NCBI GenBank assembly: GCA_046331465.1
Contig: JAXLQV010000001.1
Span: 2,070,472-2,134,471 of the forward strand
Length of the DNA stretch: 64,000 nt
Direction of reading: 5' to 3'
Source: Thermoanaerobaculia bacterium
Lineage (GTDB): Bacteria > Acidobacteriota > Thermoanaerobaculia > UBA5066
Shown: piece after piece, positions 33,999-42,691 of the stretch
Numbering within the stretch: the first letter of the stretch is position 1
How the letters are laid out: every line of letters starts with the position of its first letter
Translations under genes and position numbers: made by a program
The notes under the pieces: model-generated
The model's input: the letters and a program-made list of their open reading frames with translations, nothing else
Databases searched by the model: none
What the model was told of the DNA's origin: nothing

Positions 33999-34838
33999 CC
34001 GGCTTTCCGAGACCGCCTCCCCCACCTTTCGCGCGGAGAGGACGAGGAGGAAGAGCGCGAGCGCCGGCGGGACGACGCACCACCAGGCCGCCGTCAGGCT
34101 CTCGCGGGCGTCCGCGAGGGCGCGTCCCCAGGAGGCCGCGGGGGGCGGCGTCCCGAGCCCGAGGAAGGAGAGCGAGGCCTCGAGGAGGACGGCCCCGCCG
34201 AGGACGTAGGGCACGGTCGCGAGCGCGGGGCCGACTGCGCCCGGGAGGACGTGGACGAAGAGGACCCGCGCGCGCGAGGCGCCCGCCGCCCGCGCCGCCT
34301 CGACGTGCGGCGCGACGGAGAGCCGGAGCGCCTCGGCGCGGACGAGGCGCGCGACGTCGGGCCACCCGGTCAGCGCGATGAGGAGGACCGCGGTGAACGC
34401 GGACGGCGGCGCGAGCGCGGCGCCCGCCGCCACGAGGACGAGCGCGGGGAACGCCTGGACGACCCCGGTCACGAAGAGGACGACCCGGTCCGCGCGCGGG
34501 CCGAACGCGCCCGCCGCCGCGCCGAGGAGGGTCCCGGCGGCGAACGCGAGGGCCGCCGCGGCGGCGCCGACCGTCACCGAGACGCGCGCCCCGTGGAGGA
34601 GGCGGGCCAGGACGTCCCTGCCGAGGTCGTCGGTCCCGAGGAGGTGGGTGCCGTCGGGTGGCCGGAGTCGCGCGTCGAGCTCGGTGGCGTCGGGGTCGAA
34701 GGGGACGGGCGTGGCGACCTTCGCGAGGAACGGGGCGCCGGCCGGCCGCTCGCGCGCGAGGAGCGGCGCGAGGAGCGCGACGACGGGAAAGAGCCCGAGG
34801 ACGAGGAGGCGCCACTTCAGGGCGCGGCGGCGCGTCAC
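33996..34838 (-). CDS. ABC transporter permease, DppC/OppC type
   Basis: 280 aa. HLLGTDDLGRDVLARLLHGARVS and the EAA-like loop AARAAGASRARVLFVHVLPG. Confidence 0.8.
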   Translation of the reverse strand: MTRRRALKWRLLVLGLFPVVALLAPLLARERPAGAPFLAKVATPVPFDPDATELDARLRPPDGTHLLGTDDLGRDVLARLLHGARVSVTVGAAAAALAFAAGTLLGAAAGAFGPRADRVVLFVTGVVQAFPALVLVAAGAALAPPSAFTAVLLIALTGWPDVARLVRAEALRLSVAPHVEAARAAGASRARVLFVHVLPGAVGPALATVPYVLGGAVLLEASLSFLGLGTPPPAASWGRALADARESLTAAWWCVVPPALALFLLVLSARKVGEAVSESR

Positions 34839-35782
34839 GGCTCTCCCCCGTCCGCGAGCCGCGGGTCGGCGAGGGCGGCGGCGGCGTCCGCGACGAACGT
34901 CGCGGCGACGACGGCGAGCCCCGAGACGAGCGTCAGGCCGAGGACGGTCGGCAGGTCGCGGGAGAAGACCGAGTCGGCGAGGAGCTGCCCCGTCCCGGGG
35001 AGGCCGAAGACCCGCTCCACGAGGACCGACCCGGCGACGAGCTGCGGGACGAGCGCCGCGCCGAGGCCCGCGAAGGCGGGCGCCGACCGGCGCAGGGCTC
35101 GGAGCGTCTCCTCGCGGGGCGTCTCGCCCCGGGCGCGCCCCGAGAGGGCCGCGGGGGACGCGAGCGCCTCCCCGACGGCGCGGCGCGTGACGCGCGCGAT
35201 CGGCGCGAGGGCGACGAGGGCGAGCGTCGCGGCGGGGAGCGCGATCCCGCGAAGCCCGAGCGAGAGGTCCGAGAAGACGGGCGCGACGCGGAGCTTCACG
35301 GCGAAGAGGAGGAGGAGGAGGAGCCCGAGCGCGAAGCTCGGCAGGGAGAAGAGCGCGTCGAGGAGGAGGCCGGAGACGCGGTCGAGCGTTCCGCCCGGGC
35401 GGCGGGCGGCCCCGACCCCGACGGGAATCGCGACCGCCAGGGCGAGCGCGAGCGCGAGCGCGTTGACGGCGAACGTCGCGGGAAGCGTCCTCGCGATCCG
35501 CTCCGTCACCGGGCTCCCGTCGCGGAACGACCGGCCGAGATCGAGCCGCGCGGCCGAGGCGAGCCAGCTGCCGAGGCGAGCCGGGAGGGGGCGGTCGAGG
35601 CCGTGGAGGCTGCGGAACGCCTCGAGCGCCTCGCGCGAGACGCCGCCGCGGCCCGTGGCGCCGCCGGCGGCGAGCCGCGCCGGGTCTCCCGGCGCGGCCG
35701 AGAGGAGGAGGAAGACCGCCACGAGGACGCCGAGGAGCGTCCCGGACGCGCCGAGAAGTCGCCGTGCGAGGAACGAAGCCAC
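34835..35782 (-). CDS. ABC transporter permease, DppB/OppB type
   Basis: 315 aa. N-terminal FLARRLL..... , polytopic, 4-nt overlap with the next permease gene. Confidence 0.8.
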   Translation of the reverse strand: MASFLARRLLGASGTLLGVLVAVFLLLSAAPGDPARLAAGGATGRGGVSREALEAFRSLHGLDRPLPARLGSWLASAARLDLGRSFRDGSPVTERIARTLPATFAVNALALALALAVAIPVGVGAARRPGGTLDRVSGLLLDALFSLPSFALGLLLLLLFAVKLRVAPVFSDLSLGLRGIALPAATLALVALAPIARVTRRAVGEALASPAALSGRARGETPREETLRALRRSAPAFAGLGAALVPQLVAGSVLVERVFGLPGTGQLLADSVFSRDLPTVLGLTLVSGLAVVAATFVADAAAALADPRLADGGEP

Positions 35783-35790
35783 TCCGCGGA

Positions 35791-35796
35791 ATGTTA
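35791..35796 (-). promoter_or_regulatory. -10-like box TAACAT, 8 nt upstream of the first permease GTG
   Basis: Minus strand reads TAACAT-TCCGCGGA-GTG, in the 37-nt gap after the SBP gene. Confidence 0.3.
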
Positions 35797-35819
35797 CGCG
35801 GGGCGGAGCCCTCTCCCCG

Positions 35820-37385
35820 TCAGACCGGCTTCGCCGCGCGCGCCGGCTGCCACCCGGCCCCTCCGGGCCAGAAGAGCCAGAGGCCGATGGGCGAGGTCCG
35901 CACGTTCCCGACCCGGTCCCGCACCCCCCACGCGACGGAGACCGTGTGGAGGAACGTGAACGGCTGGTCGTCCGCGATCACCCGCTGCAGCTCGGCGTAG
36001 AGCGTCTTCGCCTTCCCGCGGTCGAACGTCGCCGCGATCTCGTCCATCAGCGCGTCGGCGCGCGGGTTCCGGTAGAACGCGTTGTTCATCCCCGCCGGGG
36101 GGACCTGGGTGGAGTGCCAGTTCGGGCGGAGGTCGGGGTTCGGGTCGAGGGTCAGGGAGAGCGAGCAGGCCTCGTAGTCGCCCGCGTCGACCTTCTCGAC
36201 GAAGGCGCCCCACTCGAGCGGCGCGAGGTTCGCCTCGATCCCCGCCTCGCGGAAGGCGCGCTGGGAGAGCTCGAGGATCTGTCGCTGCCGGTCGTTCGCG
36301 CTCCCGAAGGAGAGTGTGAAGGCGAACCGGGACCCGCCCTTCGCCCGGACGCCGTCCTTCCCCTTCTTCCAGCCGGACTCCTCGAGAAGGGCGGCCGCCT
36401 TCGCCGGGTCGTACGGGAGAGGAGCGAGGGTCGGGTCGTAGGCCCAGAGCCCCGGGGGAAGCGGGCCGTTCGCCGGCCGCGCGAGGCCGCCGTAGAGCGT
36501 CCGCGCGATCGCCTCGCGGTCGATGAGCATCGTGAGGGCCCGCCGCACGCGCGGGTCGGAGAACTGCGGGAGCCGGTTGTTCCAGGCGATGTAGGTGTAG
36601 GCGATCTCGTCGTAGACGACCTCGCGGATCGCCGGGTGCTTCGGCAGCTCGGCGCGCTGGACGGCGTTCAGTCGCGACTCGTCGAGGTCCCCCGTGACGA
36701 GCCCCTGGAACGCGGGGGCCGACTCGGGCACCACCCTGAGGACGACCTGCTCGAAGGCCGGCGGCTCGCCGAAGTACTGCGTGTTCCTCACGAGCCGGAG
36801 CGTTCCCCCCTCCCACGACGCGAGGCGGAAGGGTCCCGTCGCGAGCGGCCTGCGGTTCGCCGGGTTCGTCGCCACCTCCGTCCCGCGGTAGAGGCGGGCC
36901 GGGAGGAGCGGCAGGTTGAAGGCGTCGCGCTGGCCCGCGTAGGCCTTCCTGAACGTCACGCGCGCCGTCCGCGCGTCGACCGCCTCGACCTTGTCCAGGT
37001 CGGCGAAGAAGGCCCGGCGATAGAGCGCGGGCGTCTTCGGGTCGAGGAGCGCCTCGAGCGTCGCCTTCACGTCGTCCGAGGTGACCGGGGTGCCGTCCTC
37101 CCAGCGGACGCCGTCGCGGAGCTTCACGGTGTAGACGAGGTGACCCGGCTCGGCCTCGACCGACTCGGCGAGGCCGGGGACGAGGTTCAGCTTCTCGTCG
37201 TAGTCGAGGAGGTTCCTCTGCAGGAGCGCGATGACGACGTTCTCGGGGTCCGACGTGGAGATCAGGGCGTTCAGCGTCTCCGGGGCCCCCTCGAGCCTCC
37301 TGTGGAGGACGCGCTCCTGGTCCTTCCCGACGGCGCCGCCGCAGGCGGAGAGGAGGAGCGCGAGGGCGGCGACCGCCTTCTTCAC
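35820..37385 (-). CDS. ABC transporter substrate-binding lipoprotein, family 5 (peptide/nickel type)
   Basis: Last 521 aa of track ORF 35820..39245, from GTG 37385 (GTGA overlap). Lipobox LLLSACGG. TGPFRL..W, Y.IAWN and other SBP_bac_5-like motifs. Confidence 0.8.
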   Translation of the reverse strand: MKKAVAALALLLSACGGAVGKDQERVLHRRLEGAPETLNALISTSDPENVVIALLQRNLLDYDEKLNLVPGLAESVEAEPGHLVYTVKLRDGVRWEDGTPVTSDDVKATLEALLDPKTPALYRRAFFADLDKVEAVDARTARVTFRKAYAGQRDAFNLPLLPARLYRGTEVATNPANRRPLATGPFRLASWEGGTLRLVRNTQYFGEPPAFEQVVLRVVPESAPAFQGLVTGDLDESRLNAVQRAELPKHPAIREVVYDEIAYTYIAWNNRLPQFSDPRVRRALTMLIDREAIARTLYGGLARPANGPLPPGLWAYDPTLAPLPYDPAKAAALLEESGWKKGKDGVRAKGGSRFAFTLSFGSANDRQRQILELSQRAFREAGIEANLAPLEWGAFVEKVDAGDYEACSLSLTLDPNPDLRPNWHSTQVPPAGMNNAFYRNPRADALMDEIAATFDRGKAKTLYAELQRVIADDQPFTFLHTVSVAWGVRDRVGNVRTSPIGLWLFWPGGAGWQPARAAKPV

Positions 37386-39634
37386 TTGAACTCTCCGGGG
37401 TATTCCGCAGAGACCGAGGAGCTGTTCCCCGACGCGTCGACGACGCGGACGGAGAGGAACGCGGGCCCCGCCGGCTTCGGGACGGCGAGCGTCAGCTCCT
37501 CCTCCCGCCCGTCGAGCGCGCCGTCTGCCGCGGCGAGCGCCCGCCAGCGGTCCGCCGAGACCGTTCCCTCGGCCTTCGCGATCGGCAAGAGGGCGTCGGC
37601 GGCCTTCACGCGCAGGACGACCCGGTCCCCCGCGAGCTTCCGCTCGAGGATCGTCAGGAGCGGCGGCGTCCCGTCGACGACGACGAGGTCGCTCTCCGCC
37701 GAGGCCGAGAGCGCCTCCCCCTCGGGGTTCGAGGCGCGGTCCGACGCGGTCACTCGGAAGCGGTAGCGGCCGTCGGGGAGCGCCGTCGTGTCGAAGGAGA
37801 CGTACGAGTCCTCGACGTCGCGGCGGACCGCGAACCAGGTCGGCGAGTCCTCGCGGCGCACCTCGAGGTCGTAGCGGAGCGCGTCGCCGTTCGGGTCGGT
37901 CCCCTTCCAGGTCACGGTCCGGAACCCCTTCCGGAAGAGCTTCTTCCCGGTCGGCTCCGTCGGTTCCTTCGGCGGCTCGATCCCGGCGAAGGCGCCGTTC
38001 TCGTCCGGGTTCGTGACCGACAGGACGGCGGGACCCGAGGAGGCGCTCCCCTTCGGGTAGACGGCGCCCGGCTCGAGCACCGTCACGTTCTCGACGATCG
38101 GCCGCGCGTTCCTCTCGGCCCAGGAAAGCTCCACCCGCTCGACGACGGGAGATTCTCCCGAGCCCGAGGGTGCGAGCTCGGCCCGGAACTGGAAGTACCG
38201 GGCCGAGGGAACGGCCGCCGCGCCCGGCGCGCCGGGCCGCGTCCAGTCGGACCAGGTGCCGTCGGGCTTGTCGCTGTTGCCGGAGCGGACCGACAGTGCG
38301 ACCGAGGACCCCTTCGGCACCGTCCCCTCGAAGCGGACCGAGCCGAAGCGCGCGAGGCGCCCGGCGTCGCGGACCGAGGAGACGTAGCTCCCCGTCGCGG
38401 CCGCCTTCCGGGGCGCGGGGCGGAGGACTCCGGGGGAGGTCGACGAGACGATCGCGAAACCGCCGGGGACGGCGGGGACCGCGACGACCTGCTTCTGGTC
38501 CACCTGGGCTTCCAGCCGGAGGCGGCGGTCCTTCAGGCTGTAGACGCGGCCGCGGGGGCCGGTCGCGAGGAGGAGCCCCCGCGCGTCGTCCCAGCGCGCA
38601 CCGTAGACCGTCTCCTCCGGGAGGATCCAGGCGGGCTCGACGAATCCGTCGGCGGCGATCAGGACGACCTCCGCGTTCCCCTCGCGCGAGGTCGCGGGGG
38701 TCGAGGCGGGACGGACGGGCGAGGTCGTCGCGGTGACCGAGACCGTCCCCTGCGGCACCGCCTCCTGCGCGGCGCCCGTGGCCGGCGCCGTGACGGCCGG
38801 GCGCTTCGGCTCGCTCCGCTGCTGCGAGAGGGGCGGCACCTCGACGGCGGTCGCGACGGCGAGGATCGCGCCGTCGGGCGCCGCGGCGAGCGCCGTCACC
38901 TCCGGCTTGCCGAAATCGTGGAGCGTGCGGACCTTCCCGTCCGCCGAGACGGCGACGACGAGCCCCCGGTCGGACGTTCCCGCGAAGACGGTCCCGTCGC
39001 GCGCGACGAGAAGCGAGCGGACATGCGTGTCCTGGATCTCCGCGTGGAGCGACGCCTTGCCGTCCTTCCCCGCCTTCCAGATCCTCCCCTTCGTCCCGGT
39101 CCCGGCGTAGAGCGTCCCGTCGGGTCCGAACGCGAGGGCCCAGACGGCCGCCTCGCCGGTCTCCCCGGCGAGCGTCGCGGCCTTCGCCGGGTCCTTCGCC
39201 TTCGGGTCGACCCGCCAGAGCTTTCCCCCCGGCGAGGTCCCGCACGCGATCTCGCCCCCGGGGCCGACGGCGACGGCCGTCACGTTCGGAGCTTCCGCCT
39301 CGAAGAGGACGCGGACGCTCCCGTCCGGCTCGGAGACGAAGAGGCGCCCCTCGCCCCCTCCGGTCGCCACGTAGACCCTCCCCGCGGCATCCGACGCCGC
39401 GCCGAAGACGACGGCCCCGGCCGCCTCTTCGGGCCAGGCGCGGGGGGTGAAGACCGGGCCGAGCGTCAGGCGCCCGTCGGACGTCAGTGTCGTCCCGTCG
39501 AGGTCGCCCGCGAGGAAGTCCCGCGCCGACGCCGTCGACGAGAGCTTCGTCGCGGCGCCGAGAGGCGCGGACGGGGTGAGGACGAGGGCGAGCGCGAGGC
39601 TCGCCGCTGCGGTTCGCGTGCGGGTCAGGCTCAT
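37382..39634 (-). CDS. secreted hypothetical protein: beta-propeller-like N-terminal half, Pro/Thr/Ala linker, Ig/FN3-like C-terminal modules
   Basis: 750 aa. Signal peptide ...LVLTPSAPLGAA. Repeated G..Y.GT...G.... blades (GRVYVATGGG, GTLYAGTGTKGRIW, GTVFAGTSDRG). C-terminal TWKGTDPNGDALRYDLEVR...LPDGRYRFRVTASD. Confidence 0.6.
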   Translation of the reverse strand: MSLTRTRTAAASLALALVLTPSAPLGAATKLSSTASARDFLAGDLDGTTLTSDGRLTLGPVFTPRAWPEEAAGAVVFGAASDAAGRVYVATGGGEGRLFVSEPDGSVRVLFEAEAPNVTAVAVGPGGEIACGTSPGGKLWRVDPKAKDPAKAATLAGETGEAAVWALAFGPDGTLYAGTGTKGRIWKAGKDGKASLHAEIQDTHVRSLLVARDGTVFAGTSDRGLVVAVSADGKVRTLHDFGKPEVTALAAAPDGAILAVATAVEVPPLSQQRSEPKRPAVTAPATGAAQEAVPQGTVSVTATTSPVRPASTPATSREGNAEVVLIAADGFVEPAWILPEETVYGARWDDARGLLLATGPRGRVYSLKDRRLRLEAQVDQKQVVAVPAVPGGFAIVSSTSPGVLRPAPRKAAATGSYVSSVRDAGRLARFGSVRFEGTVPKGSSVALSVRSGNSDKPDGTWSDWTRPGAPGAAAVPSARYFQFRAELAPSGSGESPVVERVELSWAERNARPIVENVTVLEPGAVYPKGSASSGPAVLSVTNPDENGAFAGIEPPKEPTEPTGKKLFRKGFRTVTWKGTDPNGDALRYDLEVRREDSPTWFAVRRDVEDSYVSFDTTALPDGRYRFRVTASDRASNPEGEALSASAESDLVVVDGTPPLLTILERKLAGDRVVLRVKAADALLPIAKAEGTVSADRWRALAAADGALDGREEELTLAVPKPAGPAFLSVRVVDASGNSSSVSAEYPGEFK

Positions 39635-41577
39635 CGGGTTCCTCTCGGGCGGGCCCTCTCGACGTCGACGTCGATCCGGACGGCGCCCGACACGGGACGG
39701 TCGAAGGAGACGATCTCCTCGCAGACGAGGCGGGACTCGACGTCGGCGATCCCCGCCTCGCCCTGCTCGCGGGCTCCCGAGAGGAGCGCGAGCGCCGTGG
39801 GCGGGAGGGCGTCGAGCGTCGCGCTCTTCGTCGCGGCGCCTCGCGCGGCGACGAGGAGACCGGCCTGGAGCCGGTTTCCCGGGACGATCTTCGCGACGAA
39901 GTCCGCGAATTCCTTCAGCGTCGCGGGCTCCGAAGGGTCGAGCTGCTGGCGGAGCGCCGTGGCCGTGCTCCCGTCGGAGACGACGAGCGTCGCCCGCCCT
40001 TCGGGGGTCTCGGCCGGGACCTTCAGGCGGACGACCCGGACGCTCTCCGACCCGCGCCGGTCGGCGAGGCGGATCGCGACGGCGAGCGTCTCGCCGGGAG
40101 CCACCTTCCGGGAGGCGGGCGCGGCGTCGACGAGCCGGAGGCGGCGCTCGTCCGTCGTGCTCGCGAAGCGGAGCCGGACGCCGCGGATTCCGGGGTCGCC
40201 GAGGTCGTTGTCCGCCACGGCCGCCGCGAGCGCCGCCGTCGAGAGTACGGCCGCCTCCTTCGCCCGCATCCCGGTCGCGACGTCCTCGTAGGCGATCTCC
40301 CCGACCGCGGTGTCGAGCGCGAGGCGGAACGCGAGGACGCGCTCGCGGGGCGTCGGGTCACCGGCCGTCATCGCGGCGTCGGCGACGAGGGCGGCGAGCG
40401 TCGGCATCAGCTTCGGGTACGACGCGACCTCGAAACGGAACTCCCGGGGAGGTCTCCCGTCGGCCTCGACGGAGACGGTGACAGGAATTCCCGTTCCGGG
40501 CCGGTCGGTCCGCCCGCCGACGCCCGTGTCCCGGTCGTGCGTCAGCCGGTAGCTCGGCTCGCCGCCGTTCGCGAGCTTGAACGACTGGAAGAGGCTCGAG
40601 ACGACGGTGACGATCTCGCCCGGCGCGGCCGGAAGCTCGATCTCGCCCGCGCCGAGGAACGGGTGGCCGAAGGCGACGAACCGTCCGTCCGGGAAGACCT
40701 CGGTGACCGTGCCGGTGGCGCCGAGCTGCAGGTCGCCACGGACGAGGTAGGCCGTCAGGGACGCTCCCGGCGCGAGGGCCGGGGCCGGCGACGACGGGGC
40801 CTTCCCGGCGGGAACCCGGGGAGCCGTCCCGAGGAGGGCGAGGTTCGCCTCGCTCATCCCGAGGCGCGCGAACGGCTCGCGGAAGGCCTCGAGAGTCGCG
40901 GACGGAAGCCCCGAGGCCTGGAAGGAGAGGAGGGTGGTGCCCTGCGCCGGGCCGGCCGGCCTCGCCGGAAGGCTCTCGAGGAACTCCCGCCGAAGCGCCT
41001 CCAGCCGATCCGGCTCCGGCGCGGCCGCGAGGCGGGCGAAGAAAGCGGCCCGCTCGGCGATCGTCGGCCCCGCGCCCCGTCGGCTGCTCCCGGGGGAGGC
41101 CGGCAGCTTCTCCAGGACGATCTGCAGCATCGATTCGATCGGCGTGACGCCGGCGAGGGCCTTCCTCGAGAACCCCCAGCCGGAGGCGATCGAGCCGGCG
41201 AGCCTGCCGTCGAGGTAGACGGGGCTCCCGCTCATCCCGGCGACGACCCCCGTGTCGGCGAGGCCGAGGCCGGAGAGCTCGGCGAGGATGATCGACCGCC
41301 CCACGCCGACGTTCCGGAGGACGCCGACGACCTCCACCTCGAACCGCTCGACGGCGTTCCCCCGGACCACCGTCAGCCCGTAGCCCTTCATCCCGGTACG
41401 GACCTCTCCCAGGGGGAGGATCTCCGAGGCGGCGGCGGGCGCGGCGAAGAGCGCGAGAGCGAGAGCCGCGATGCAGGCGTAACGCTTTGACCCTCTTCGA
41501 GATTCCGTGCTACCTTGCCCCGGTTTCAGGCCCCTCCGGGGGGGGAGAAGAATGACGGAAGCCGGCAACGCCAACAT
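39631..41577 (-). CDS. peptidase S55 (SpoIVB-like) domain protein with ~480-aa uncharacterised C-terminal region
   Basis: 648 aa. Signal-like KRYACIAALALALFAAPAAAS, then MKGYGLTVVRGNAVERFEVEVVGVL...ILAELSG...GVVAGMSGSPVYLDGRLAG. The start is uncertain, because ATG 41577 would overlap the divergent tolQ start by 26 nt. Confidence 0.6.
   Translation of the reverse strand: MLALPASVILLPPRRGLKPGQGSTESRRGSKRYACIAALALALFAAPAAASEILPLGEVRTGMKGYGLTVVRGNAVERFEVEVVGVLRNVGVGRSIILAELSGLGLADTGVVAGMSGSPVYLDGRLAGSIASGWGFSRKALAGVTPIESMLQIVLEKLPASPGSSRRGAGPTIAERAAFFARLAAAPEPDRLEALRREFLESLPARPAGPAQGTTLLSFQASGLPSATLEAFREPFARLGMSEANLALLGTAPRVPAGKAPSSPAPALAPGASLTAYLVRGDLQLGATGTVTEVFPDGRFVAFGHPFLGAGEIELPAAPGEIVTVVSSLFQSFKLANGGEPSYRLTHDRDTGVGGRTDRPGTGIPVTVSVEADGRPPREFRFEVASYPKLMPTLAALVADAAMTAGDPTPRERVLAFRLALDTAVGEIAYEDVATGMRAKEAAVLSTAALAAAVADNDLGDPGIRGVRLRFASTTDERRLRLVDAAPASRKVAPGETLAVAIRLADRRGSESVRVVRLKVPAETPEGRATLVVSDGSTATALRQQLDPSEPATLKEFADFVAKIVPGNRLQAGLLVAARGAATKSATLDALPPTALALLSGAREQGEAGIADVESRLVCEEIVSFDRPVSGAVRIDVDVERARPRGTR
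41487..41516 (+). promoter_or_regulatory. candidate sigma70-like promoter for tolQ (TTGACC-18-TACCTT)
   Basis: Read on the plus strand ~35 nt upstream of ATG 41552. GGGGGGGAGAAG SD precedes the ATG. Confidence 0.35.
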
Positions 41578-42247
41578 CGTTCAGCTGTTCCTCACTGCGG
41601 GATGGACGGCGAAGGCCGTCCTCCTGATCCTCGCCCTCTTTTCCCTGGGTTCCTGGGCGGTCATCGTCGCGAAGCTCTGGAGTTTCTCACGGGCCGATTC
41701 GCACTCTTCGCGGTTCGTGACGCACTTCCGGAAGAGCCGGAAGTTCGCCGACGTCCTCGGCGTCTGCGACCAGTACCCCGCGAGCCCCCTCGTTGGACTC
41801 TTCCGCGCCGGCTACGCCGAGCTCGACGCCCAGGTGAAGGCCGGGCGCGACGTGGCGCCCGCGGACTCCGGCCGCCTCTTCGTCAAGAGCCTCCCGGCGA
41901 TCGAGAGGGCCCTGGAAAGGGCGGCGGGGGTGGAGTCGAACCGCCTGACCCGGCGTCTCCCCTTCCTCGCGACGACCGCTTCGGCCACGCCGTTCATCGG
42001 GCTCTTCGGGACCGTCTGGGGCATCCTCGGCTCCTTCCGGGCCATCGGCGTCACCGGGTCGACCTCCATCGTCACCGTCGCCCCCGGGATCGCCGAGGCC
42101 CTCGTCAACACCGCGGCGGGCCTCGTGGCCGCCGTCCCGGCGCTCATCGCCTACAACTACTTCAACGGGCGGGTCCGGGTCACCAAGTCCGAGATGCGGG
42201 ACTTCGCCCTCGAGTTCCTGAACCTCGCCGAGCGCCACTTCACCTGA
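41552..42247 (+). CDS. tolQ: Tol-Pal system protein TolQ (MotA/TolQ/ExbB proton channel)
   Basis: 231 aa from ATG 41552 (residue 16 of the track ORF). MTEAGNANIVQLF..., TAPFIGLFGTVWGI, and the VAPGIAEALVNTAAGL signature. Confidence 0.88.
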   Translation: MTEAGNANIVQLFLTAGWTAKAVLLILALFSLGSWAVIVAKLWSFSRADSHSSRFVTHFRKSRKFADVLGVCDQYPASPLVGLFRAGYAELDAQVKAGRDVAPADSGRLFVKSLPAIERALERAAGVESNRLTRRLPFLATTASATPFIGLFGTVWGILGSFRAIGVTGSTSIVTVAPGIAEALVNTAAGLVAAVPALIAYNYFNGRVRVTKSEMRDFALEFLNLAERHFT

Positions 42248-42268
42248 CGGGTCGGGAGGAACGAGCGG

Positions 42269-42691
42269 ATGGCCGTCAAGATCGACGACGACGTCGAAGC
42301 CTATTCCGACATCAACGTCACCCCCCTGGTCGACGTGATGCTCGTCCTCCTGATCATCTTCATGGTCACGGCGCCCCTCCTCCACCAGGGCGTCGAGGTG
42401 AAGCTCCCGAAGTCGGTCTCCCAGAACCTGCCGAAGAGCCCGGAGGACCCCCTCATCCTCTCGATCACGAGGAAGGAGGTCTACTACCTCAACGAGACGC
42501 CGATCCCCAAGCAGCAGCTCCGGGACCGGCTGAAGCTCATCCTCAAGAACCGGAAGGACCGCTCGGTCTACCTCAAGGCCGACCGGAACCTCCCGTACGG
42601 CGTCGTCGTCGAGACGATGGACGTCCTGAACCGCCTCGGGGTCGAGAGCCTCGGGATGGTCACGGAGCTCAGGAGCGAGCAGGGGTCGTGA
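42269..42691 (+). CDS. tolR: Tol-Pal system protein TolR (ExbD/TolR family)
   Basis: 140 aa. INVTPLVDVMLVLLIIFMVTAP carries the conserved Asp-containing TM segment. Confidence 0.88.
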   Translation: MAVKIDDDVEAYSDINVTPLVDVMLVLLIIFMVTAPLLHQGVEVKLPKSVSQNLPKSPEDPLILSITRKEVYYLNETPIPKQQLRDRLKLILKNRKDRSVYLKADRNLPYGVVVETMDVLNRLGVESLGMVTELRSEQGS

